Source: an uncultured delta proteobacterium (GTDB taxonomy: Bacteria > Myxococcota > Myxococcia > Myxococcales > Anaeromyxobacteraceae). From it: a stretch of 64,000 nucleotides of DNA. The position numbers were made by a program, and so were the translations under genes. The stretch's first letter is position 1, and every line of letters begins with the position of its first letter. The notes below the pieces were generated by a model. That model worked only from the letters and a program-made list of their open reading frames with translations. It searched no databases and was not told the DNA's origin. The stretch covers positions 32,001-96,000 of the forward strand of contig CAWFDF010000012.1 of NCBI GenBank assembly GCA_963814585.1, given 5' to 3'. Shown here piece by piece: positions 1 through 7,462 of the stretch.

Positions 1-964
1 GCCGCCCCAGCCCCTTCAGGTACCGGCGCGCCGGCAGCAGCCCGGCCCGCGAGAGCAGCAGCTGCTCGTAGTAGCAGGTGGCCCCCTCGAACCACCAGAG
101 CAGCCTGGTGTACTGCTCGCCGTCGTAGCGGTAGGGCGTGAGCGCCGCCGGCCGGAGCCGCTTCACGTTCCAGGCGTGGAAGAACTCGTGGATGAGCAGC
201 GAGAGCGCCTCGGCGTAGCCCTCGGGGTCGTGGAACCCGAGCCTCGGGTAGAGCACCGCCGTCGAGGCCATGTGCTCGAGCCCGCCTCGCCCCTTGCCGG
301 TGAGGTGGAGGATGAAGAGGTAGCGGTGGTAGGGCAGCCCGCCCCAGAACCCGGCCACCGTCTCGACGATGGTCTCGAGATCGACCGAGAGCCGGGTGAG
401 GTCGACGTTGCCGCGGCCCCAGACCGCCAGCTGGTGCGGCACGCCCAGCGCCTCGAAGGTGACGAGCCGGTGCGTCCCCAGCTCCAGGGGGGAGTCGACG
501 AGCTCGTCGTAGTCGCGCGCCGTGAACTCGGTGGGGCCGCCGGCCAGCGCCGTGGCCGCCTGCCAGCCGGGCGGCAGCGTCACCGACACCCGGTGCGGCT
601 CGGCCTCCCGCCCGCGCACCGCCAGGAAGACCCCGGCCGGCGAGACGAAGCCGTGGCTGGCGTCGAGGTGGCTGGTCCTCACCGTCAGCTCGTTGGCGTA
701 GACCCTCCAGGAGACCGTCACCGTGGCCGCCCCACCCGCTCGCACCCGGAAGCGGTGCTTGTCGAGCCGCTCCACGGGCACGGCCCGCCCCTGCGGATCG
801 GTGGCGGCCACCCCCTCGAGGTGGCGGGCGAACTCGCGCACCAGGTAGCTGCCCGGCGTCCAGACCGGCAGCGACAGCTCGATCGCCTCGCCGGGCCGCT
901 CGACCTCCAGCGAGAGGTGGAAGAGGTGGGTGGCTGGCTCGGGGCAGGAGAGGTGGTAGCGCAT
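1..964 (-). CDS. M61-family (glycyl aminopeptidase-like) zinc metallopeptidase, runs off the window start
   Basis: Manual translation from ATG at 964: MRYHLSCPEPATHLFHL...LPVWTPGSYLVREFARH...VYANELTVRTSHLD...GGLEH...HEFFHAWNVKRLRP...LLWWFEGATCYYE (M61 motifs). Not in the ORF track because it has no stop in the window. Confidence 0.9.
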   Translation of the reverse strand, partial: MRYHLSCPEPATHLFHLSLEVERPGEAIELSLPVWTPGSYLVREFARHLEGVAATDPQGRAVPVERLDKHRFRVRAGGAATVTVSWRVYANELTVRTSHLDASHGFVSPAGVFLAVRGREAEPHRVSVTLPPGWQAATALAGGPTEFTARDYDELVDSPLELGTHRLVTFEALGVPHQLAVWGRGNVDLTRLSVDLETIVETVAGFWGGLPYHRYLFILHLTGKGRGGLEHMASTAVLYPRLGFHDPEGYAEALSLLIHEFFHAWNVKRLRPAALTPYRYDGEQYTRLLWWFEGATCYYEQLLLSRAGLLPARRYLKGLGR

Positions 965-1014
965 CGCGCCCTCGACTCTAGCCGCGCCCTGGCGTCGAGG
1001 CTACGCTGACACGC

Positions 1015-2037
1015 ATGGATCCCTACGGCCTCCGGCGCGTGATCTCGCCCCCGGGCGTGCTCCCCCAGCGGGCCGACCGGCTCGACCCCACCCTCCCCCT
1101 CGGCGAGGACGAGCTCTCCATCGACGTCGAGGCGCTCAACGTCGACGCCGCCTCGTTCCGGCAGATCGAGTCGGCGGTGGGGCGCGATCCGGTGCGGATC
1201 GCCGCCGAGGTCACCCGCATCGTCGCCGAGCGCGGCAAGCTGCAGAACCCGGTCACCGGCTCGGGCGGCATGCTCATCGGCCGGGTCGCAGCCGTCGGGC
1301 CGCGCCACCCGGCCGCCGGCGCCCTCGCCCCGGGCGCCCGGGTCGCCACGCTGGTCTCGCTCACGCTCACCCCGCTGCGGCTCACGGCCATCACCGCCGT
1401 CCGGCCCGAGATCGACCGGGTCGAGTGCCACGGCCAGGCCATCCTCTTCGCCACCGGGCTGTGGGCCAGGCTCCCCGACGACCTCCCCGAGACCCTGGCG
1501 CTGGCGGCGCTCGACGTCTGCGGCGCGCCGGCGCTGGTGGCCCGCCACGCCCGACCCGGCCAGCGGGTGCTGGTGCTGGGCGCCGGCAAGTCGGGGGCGC
1601 TGGTGGCGGTGCAGGCCCGCGAGCAGCTGGGCTCGAGCGGCTGGCTGGTGGCGGCCGACCGCTCGCCCGGGGCGCTCGAGGCGCTGGCCGGGCTCGGGGT
1701 CTGCGACCAGGCGCTGGAGCTCGACGCCACCGACGCGGTCGGCGCGCTGGCCCGCATCGAGGCGGCCGGCGGGCGATTCGACCTCGTGGTCAACTGCGCC
1801 TCGGTGCCGGGGACCGAGATGGCGGCGCTGCTCGCCGTGAAGGACGGCGGAGCCGTCATCTTCTTCTCCATGGCCACCAGCTTCACCGGCGTGGCGCTCG
1901 GCGCCGAGGGGGTGGGCAGGGACGCCACCCTCCTGGTCGGCAATGGCTACGTCCCCGGCCACGCCGACCTGACGCTGGGACTGCTGCGTCGCCACCCCAG
2001 GCTGCGCGCCCTCTTCGAGTCCCGCTACGCGCGGTGA
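1015..2037 (+). CDS. kdd: L-erythro-3,5-diaminohexanoate dehydrogenase (lysine degradation)
   Basis: Family motifs YGLRRVISPPGVLPQ, LNVDAASF, GKLQNPVTGSGGMLIG, ATLVSLTLTPL, ALDVCGAP, FFSMATSF, GNGY; Rossmann motif LGAGKSG. Confidence 0.88.
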   Translation: MDPYGLRRVISPPGVLPQRADRLDPTLPLGEDELSIDVEALNVDAASFRQIESAVGRDPVRIAAEVTRIVAERGKLQNPVTGSGGMLIGRVAAVGPRHPAAGALAPGARVATLVSLTLTPLRLTAITAVRPEIDRVECHGQAILFATGLWARLPDDLPETLALAALDVCGAPALVARHARPGQRVLVLGAGKSGALVAVQAREQLGSSGWLVAADRSPGALEALAGLGVCDQALELDATDAVGALARIEAAGGRFDLVVNCASVPGTEMAALLAVKDGGAVIFFSMATSFTGVALGAEGVGRDATLLVGNGYVPGHADLTLGLLRRHPRLRALFESRYAR

Positions 2038-2054
2038 GCGGCTATCCTGCGCCC

Positions 2055-2139
2055 GGGGCCGTGGCGGAACGGCAGACGTGGAGGACTTAAAATCCTCTGT
2101 CGCGCGAGCGACGTCCCGGTTCGAGTCCGGGCGGCCCTA
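2055..2139 (+). tRNA. tRNA-Leu(UAA), class II long variable arm, CCA not encoded
   Basis: Acceptor stem GGGGCCG/CGGCCCT with discriminator A; anticodon stem GAGGA/TCCTC with loop CT-TAA-AA (2088-2090); variable arm GTCGC..GCGAC; T arm CCCGG-TTCGAGT-CCGGG. Confidence 0.96.
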
Positions 2140-2157
2140 CACCCTCCCCGCGCCGGG

Positions 2158-2601
2158 TCAGTTCACGAACGGCGGGGGCCGGTAGCTGACGCCCGCCAGC
2201 GGCTGCCGCGACGAGTAGCCCTCGTCGAGCGGGTGCCAGTGGGTCACCGCCGGCTCGCCGAACTGCCAGCAGAGGAAGACCGGCTCGTCGTCGCGGAGCG
2301 AGTAGAAGTCCACCAGCCCCTGGTCGAGGTCCTTCACCAGGCAGCCCATGTCGTTGATGCGCTCCACCGCTGCGGTGATCAGGTCGGCCAGCACCCGCAG
2401 CCGCGCCACGTCGGCGTCGCGCCCCGGCGGCGGCGCCTGGCCGTGCTGCAGCACCGCCACCACCAGGTCGGCGCCACCCAGCGACTCGACCAGCGGCCGC
2501 AGCTCGGAGCGCACCTGGGCGATGCGCCCGAACTCGAGCTGGAGGTCCCCGATCGCCTCGTTGGCCTCCTCGACCGTGAAGAAGCGCGGCCCCTCGTCCA
2601 T
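2158..2601 (-). CDS. DUF2203 family protein
   Basis: RFFTVEEAN N-terminus and GCLVKDLDQGLVDF..VFLCWQFGEPAVTHWH..GYSSRQPL motifs; second ATG (2601) chosen as start. Confidence 0.85.
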   Translation of the reverse strand: MDEGPRFFTVEEANEAIGDLQLEFGRIAQVRSELRPLVESLGGADLVVAVLQHGQAPPPGRDADVARLRVLADLITAAVERINDMGCLVKDLDQGLVDFYSLRDDEPVFLCWQFGEPAVTHWHPLDEGYSSRQPLAGVSYRPPPFVN

Positions 2602-2657
2602 GGCGGGAAACCCTAGCATGGGCGTGATATAAGCCCGCCTTCCGGAGGGGTCCAGAC

Positions 2658-4307
2658 GTGCTCGAGACGGTCGCCAAGGGCTTCAAGGCCGCCCGCAACA
2701 GGCTGAAGGGACGCACCGAGATCACCACCGAGGTGGTGGAGGAGGCGCTCCGCGACATCCGCGTCTCGCTGCTCGAGGCCGACGTCGCCTTCGACGTGGT
2801 GAAGCGCTTCGTGGCCCGCGTCCGCGAGAAGGCGGTCGGCGAGGTGGTCGAGACCCGGGTCAAGACCGCCAGGGGCAAGCTGCAGGTCACGCCCCAGGAC
2901 CACTTCATCAAGATCTGCCATGACGAGCTCGAGGGGCTGATGGGCCCCGTCGACACCTCGCTCCAGCTCCCCGACCGGGCGCTGGCCGGCATCATGCTGG
3001 TCGGCCTGCAGGGCTCCGGCAAGACCACCACCGCCGGCAAGCTGGCCAGCAAGCTCTTGCAGGACGGCAAGAAGCCCTTCCTGGTGGCGGCCGACATCTA
3101 CCGCCCCGCCGCCGTCGAGCAGCTCCAGGTGCTCGGCCGGCAGCTGGGCGTGCCGGTCTTCCACGAGGCCGGGCTGCAGCCGCCCGAGCTCTGCCGCCGC
3201 GCCCGCGAGGCGGCCCAGAAGGCCCACGCCACGGTGGTCATCTACGACACCGCCGGCCGGCTCGCCATCGACGACCAGCTCATGACCGAGCTGGAGCAGA
3301 TCAAGGCGGCGGTGGCGCCGCAGAACATCCTGCTGGTCTGCGACGCCATGATCGGCCAGGACGCGGTCAAGACCGCGGTGGAGTTCGACCGGCGCCTCGA
3401 CCTCTCCGGCTTCGTCCTCACCAAGCTCGACGGCGACGCCCGCGGCGGCGCCGCCCTCTCCATCAAGGAGGTCACCGGCAAGCCCATCAAGTTCCTCGGC
3501 ATGGGCGAGGGGCTGGACCGGCTCGAGGAGTTCCGGCCCGAGGGGCTGGCCAGCCGCATCCTCGGCTTCGGCGACGTGGTCGGGCTGATGAAGGACTTCG
3601 AGCAGCACGTCGACGCCGACCAGGCCGAGGCCGACGCCAAGAAGCTGCTCAGCGGTGACTTCACGCTCGACGACTTCGTCGGGCAGATCCAGCTGGTCCG
3701 CAAGATGGGGCCGCTGGGCGAGCTGATGGAGAAGTTCCCGCTCTTCGGCGACCTGCCCGAGGGGTTCCAGTTCGACGACCAGGCGCTGGGGAAGATCGTG
3801 GCCATGGTCGGCTCGATGACCCGCACCGAGCGGCAGCGGCCGGACACCATCACCGAGCCGCGCCTCAAGCGGATCGCCCGCGGGTCCGGCCGCCCGGAGA
3901 AGGAGGTCAAGAACCTCCTCAAGCAGTACCACGCCATGCGGATGGTGATGAAGCAGGTCGGCTCGGCGCCGGGCCTGCTCTCCCGCCTGCCCGGCGTGAA
4001 GAACCTCATGAACCTGCGGCAGCTGCAGGGCAAGGGGATGGAGGACGTCCTCGGCGCCGACGCCGGCGCCATGGAGCAGGCCATGGGCGGCGGGATGGAC
4101 CAGGCCGCCATGGCCCGGGCCGCCGGGCTCCCCAAGGGCTTCACGCCGCCCATGCCGGCCGGCGCCCTGGCCCGGGCGCGGCTCATGGGCATGTCGCAGG
4201 AGCCGGCCGCGGCGGGCGAGAGCGCCAAGGACCGGGAGGCCCGCATGAAGAAGCGCAAGGCCGAGCGGCAGGCCCGCAAGAAGGCCCGCAAGAAGAACAA
4301 GCGCTGA
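2658..4307 (+). CDS. ffh: signal recognition particle protein Ffh
   Basis: LLEADV, GLQGSGKTT, DIYRPAA, DTAGR, TKLDGDARGGAALS, M domain RIARGSG; SD GGAGG upstream of GTG. Confidence 0.97.
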   Translation: MLETVAKGFKAARNRLKGRTEITTEVVEEALRDIRVSLLEADVAFDVVKRFVARVREKAVGEVVETRVKTARGKLQVTPQDHFIKICHDELEGLMGPVDTSLQLPDRALAGIMLVGLQGSGKTTTAGKLASKLLQDGKKPFLVAADIYRPAAVEQLQVLGRQLGVPVFHEAGLQPPELCRRAREAAQKAHATVVIYDTAGRLAIDDQLMTELEQIKAAVAPQNILLVCDAMIGQDAVKTAVEFDRRLDLSGFVLTKLDGDARGGAALSIKEVTGKPIKFLGMGEGLDRLEEFRPEGLASRILGFGDVVGLMKDFEQHVDADQAEADAKKLLSGDFTLDDFVGQIQLVRKMGPLGELMEKFPLFGDLPEGFQFDDQALGKIVAMVGSMTRTERQRPDTITEPRLKRIARGSGRPEKEVKNLLKQYHAMRMVMKQVGSAPGLLSRLPGVKNLMNLRQLQGKGMEDVLGADAGAMEQAMGGGMDQAAMARAAGLPKGFTPPMPAGALARARLMGMSQEPAAAGESAKDREARMKKRKAERQARKKARKKNKR

Positions 4308-4389
4308 GGGCGCCGCTCACCTGGCCTGAACCCTGCCGCGGCGCACGCTGCCTGGCTTCGCCGGACTCGGGCAAGTCGAGGGGCGCCGT

Positions 4390-4413
4390 GGGCCGGCCCG
4401 TCCCGGCCGGCCC
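4390..4413. terminator. GC-rich hairpin between convergent genes (possible terminator)
   Basis: GGGCCGGCC-cgtccc-GGCCGGCCC perfect 9-bp stem; no U tract. Confidence 0.35.
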
Positions 4414-4415
4414 CG

Positions 4416-4619
4416 TCAGCTCCCGTACTCCTCGTCGTCGGCCCCGGCCCCGCCCTGCAGGGCGTCGCGCTGCTCCAGCACGCAGCGCGGGCAGAGCTGG
4501 TTGGGCGGAGGGGCCCCGCTCACCTGGATGGTCGGCCCGACCACGCCGCAGAGCTGGCAGCGCCCCGGCCTGGAGACCTCGCCCTGTCCGAGCGGCCCGT
4601 CCTTGAAGTTCTCCCTCAT
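4416..4619 (-). CDS. 67-aa zinc-finger-like protein (CQLC...CPRC)
   Basis: ATG overlaps the upstream stop (ATGA, 4616-4619) with SD GGAGGAGG; two CxxC pairs; acidic tail. Confidence 0.65.
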   Translation of the reverse strand: MRENFKDGPLGQGEVSRPGRCQLCGVVGPTIQVSGAPPPNQLCPRCVLEQRDALQGGAGADDEEYGS

Positions 4620-5732
4620 GCGCGCCTCCTCCCCTTGACCTGCTTCTTCGGCACCACCAGCCCCCGCGAGAGCCGGCGCAGCACCCGCTGCAGCTGCCGT
4701 CGCTTGTACCGGTCGTGGGAGGAGTCGCCGGCCTCGTTGGACCGGGCAGTGGCGGCGTCCAGCAGCTGGAACTCCACCAGCGCGAAGACCACCCGCCCCA
4801 GCTCGTCGGCGAGGGCCTCGGCCGGCGGCAGCAGCTCGTCCACCCGCACCGGGATGTCGACCACGAAGTTGAGCATCCTGAAGCTCTCGCCGCTGAACTC
4901 GTTGCGCGGGGCCGAGGCCGAGCGCTTCTCGGCGTCGACCGGCAGCTGGAGCTGCGCCGGTGATCGCGTCGCCCTGGGGGTGGCGGCCCAGCAGCTCGCC
5001 GAAGCGCAGGAGCGAGTTGCGGGTCTGTCCCGGCACCCCGTAGTTGAACGGGAAGAGGTACTGGGTGAGGTGCCAGGCCACGCCGGCCAGCTGGTCGCGC
5101 CGCTCGCACACCACCCGGTAGCGGACCCGGTCGAAGACCTGGGCCGCCACCGACTCCTTCTTGGCCAGCAGCTTGGTCACCAGCGACTCGCGGCTCTTCA
5201 CGTTGCCGACGAACTCGACGATCGGCATCCCCATGGCGCGCATGCGCGCGGCCTCGGCCATGACCCGCCGGTGGACCCGCTCGGCCAGGTCGGCCTCGCG
5301 GATGGGGGTCCGGAAGAGCAGCTCGCGGGCCTCGAGGTGGTGGATGACGTGCATCACCTTGAGCACCACGCAGGCGATGCGCCGGTGGCGGACCGGCTCG
5401 GCCACGCCCGAGGCCAGCAGGAAGAGGCGGCGCAGGTCGTCGGGCTCGGCCACCGACGCGGCCACCCGGTAGCCGAACTCGTTGCGCAGGTACTCGACCG
5501 CCTGCGCCAGCACCGCGCGCAGCCGGCGCTCGTCGCGGGGGTCCGCGCGGTCGAAGAGGTTGAGGCGGAGGAAGGCGTCCACCTCCTCCGGTCCCTTGAA
5601 GTTGAGCCGGCGCCAGTCGATCACCGAGCCGCCGCGCAGCAGGAGGCGCAGCGCCTCCAGCTCGGCCACCCCCATCGACTCCAGGGGCCGGCACGGCCCG
5701 CGGGCCCCTGCCGGCATCGGGTCCTGGCTCAT
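4616..5732 (-). CDS. TIGR04552-like myxobacterial protein with RelA/SpoT-like nucleotidyltransferase motifs; one apparent extra base near 4958
   Basis: N-terminus LRLLLRGGSVIDWRRLNF. Removing one G in ATC ACC G GCG CAG CTC joins the 5' part to QLPVDAEK...NEFSGESFRMLNFVVDIPVR...LVEFQLLD...SHDRYK. Confidence 0.8.
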
Positions 5733-5763
5733 GTCGCCGCCCTCCCCGGCTCCGAGGCGAGTG

Positions 5764-7455
5764 CTAGAACGAGAACGGGAAGGTGACCGACTGGCCCTTG
5801 GGATCGCCGACGCGAGGGAAGCGGATCCCCTTCACCACGCCGCTGATGCACTGGGCGAACGGGCTGGCGGCGTACTCCGGCGTGATGCAGCGGACGTCGC
5901 GCGGGGTGCCGTCGGCCTGGATGATCCAGGCCACCTTCATGGTCCCGTGGGCGCCCGGATCGCGCGCCTGCTGCTCGGCGAGGCACCGCTTGAGCCCGTC
6001 GAGGTGGAGCCGGACCGACTCGTTGATCTGTCCCTCGCTGAGCCGGTCGGGCGTGGCGGCGGCCCCACCCGCGGCCGGCGGCACGTAGACCTTCCGCCCG
6101 CTGGTGCCGGTGCCGAGCGCCGCGGCGAGGTCGTCGTCGGCCCCCTGGTCGAAGTCGAGCAGGCCGTCCTTCTTCTTCGGCGCCGGCTTCTCGGCGGCCG
6201 GCGGAGCAGCGGCTGGCTTCTCCGCCGCCTTGGCGGCTACCGGCGCCGGCGCCACCGGACGGGCCGGACGGGCCGCAGGGGCCTTCGCCTTCTTCGGCGG
6301 CGCGACCTCGGCGGGCTTCGCCGGTGAGGGCGCCGGCTCGGGGGCCGGGGCGGCCGCCACCGGCGCCTCGGCCACCACGTTGGTGGCGGCAGCGGGCGCG
6401 GGGGTGGGGGCCGGCTCCACGGGGGCCGGCGCGGCGACCGGCGGCGGGGCGGGCGGCTGCATCGCCACCGGCGTTGGCGGCGTGGCCGGCCCGGACGGCT
6501 TCATGGCGAACTGGACCCAGGCGAAGGCGCCACCGGCGATCACCACCACCAGCAGCACGGCGGCCACCACCACGGTCCGCATGGTCCGCTTGTGGCGCAG
6601 CTCCTGGGCGCCGAGGGCCACCGAGGAGCGCCGGACCGGGCGCTCGTCGGTCTTCTCCATCGCCTTGATCGGCAGGGGGAGCGCGCCGGTCGGATCGACG
6701 CCGCCCGAGTCGGGCAGCTGCTCCATGAGGGAGCGGGGCGCGGCCGGCGCGGCGGCGGGCGGCGGGGCCCGTGACGCCAGCTCCTCGCTGGCCAGCGCGG
6801 CCAGCGCGCCGGCGCCCGCGGGCTTCCACTCCACCTCCGGGGCGGGCGCGGCCGGCCGGGCCTGGGCGGGGCCCTGGCGCGCGGCGCCGGAACCGGCGAG
6901 CGCCGAGGCCGGTGCAGCCGGGGGCGCGGTCGGCTGGGGCACCGGGGCCAGGAACGCGGCCAGCTCCGGTACGGCCGAGAGCGGCCCCCACTCGGCCATC
7001 CCGGGACGCCAGACCAGCGAGTCGGGGCCGATGTCGCCGGCCTCCCAGCGCTTCTTCACCTCGGCGGGCGGCAGCGGGCCGACCTGCGCCTCACCGATGG
7101 CGACGTACCACTCCAGCTTCGCCGGAGCCGGGGCGGCCTGCGCCACCTCCGGCGTCGCGCCCGTGGCCGCGGGCGCAGCGGCCGGGGCCGACGGCTTGTC
7201 GCCGAAGGCCTGGTCGAACGCGGAGCCGAGCTCCTCGTCGAGCCCCGGCGCCGCGGCAGGCGCGGTTGCAGGCGCGGCGGCGGGCGTGGCGGCGGGCGCG
7301 ACCCGCTCGAGGACCGGCGCCGGCGGCGCCTCCCCGACCCGCCGGACCGTGATCTGGTTCTGGCACTTCTTGCAGCGGACCTTGACCCCGCTCGGACCGA
7401 CCTTCTCGTCGGAGATCGTGTAGGCCGTGCCGCAGCTTTCGCAGGTGAATTTCAT
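5764..7455 (-). CDS. gltJ: adventurous gliding protein GltJ (AgmX)
   Basis: Zinc ribbon CESC..CKKC, GYF-2 domain (WYVA..QVGPL..SLVWRPGMAEW), single TM, Pro/Ala linker, TonB-C/AgmX-like C-terminus; last in the gltD-J order. Confidence 0.85.
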   Translation of the reverse strand: MKFTCESCGTAYTISDEKVGPSGVKVRCKKCQNQITVRRVGEAPPAPVLERVAPAATPAAAPATAPAAAPGLDEELGSAFDQAFGDKPSAPAAAPAATGATPEVAQAAPAPAKLEWYVAIGEAQVGPLPPAEVKKRWEAGDIGPDSLVWRPGMAEWGPLSAVPELAAFLAPVPQPTAPPAAPASALAGSGAARQGPAQARPAAPAPEVEWKPAGAGALAALASEELASRAPPPAAAPAAPRSLMEQLPDSGGVDPTGALPLPIKAMEKTDERPVRRSSVALGAQELRHKRTMRTVVVAAVLLVVVIAGGAFAWVQFAMKPSGPATPPTPVAMQPPAPPPVAAPAPVEPAPTPAPAAATNVVAEAPVAAAPAPEPAPSPAKPAEVAPPKKAKAPAARPARPVAPAPVAAKAAEKPAAAPPAAEKPAPKKKDGLLDFDQGADDDLAAALGTGTSGRKVYVPPAAGGAAATPDRLSEGQINESVRLHLDGLKRCLAEQQARDPGAHGTMKVAWIIQADGTPRDVRCITPEYAASPFAQCISGVVKGIRFPRVGDPKGQSVTFPFSF

Positions 7456-7462
7456 GGCACGC

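Noticed and set aside
4309..4387. SRP (4.5S) RNA next to ffh
   Set aside because: The conserved domain IV loop motif is not present; kept only as an unassigned structured element.
4416..5732. Apparent 438-aa TIGR04552-zinc-finger fusion
   Set aside because: Caused by the frame break at about 4958; the true C-terminus is in another frame ending at 4616.
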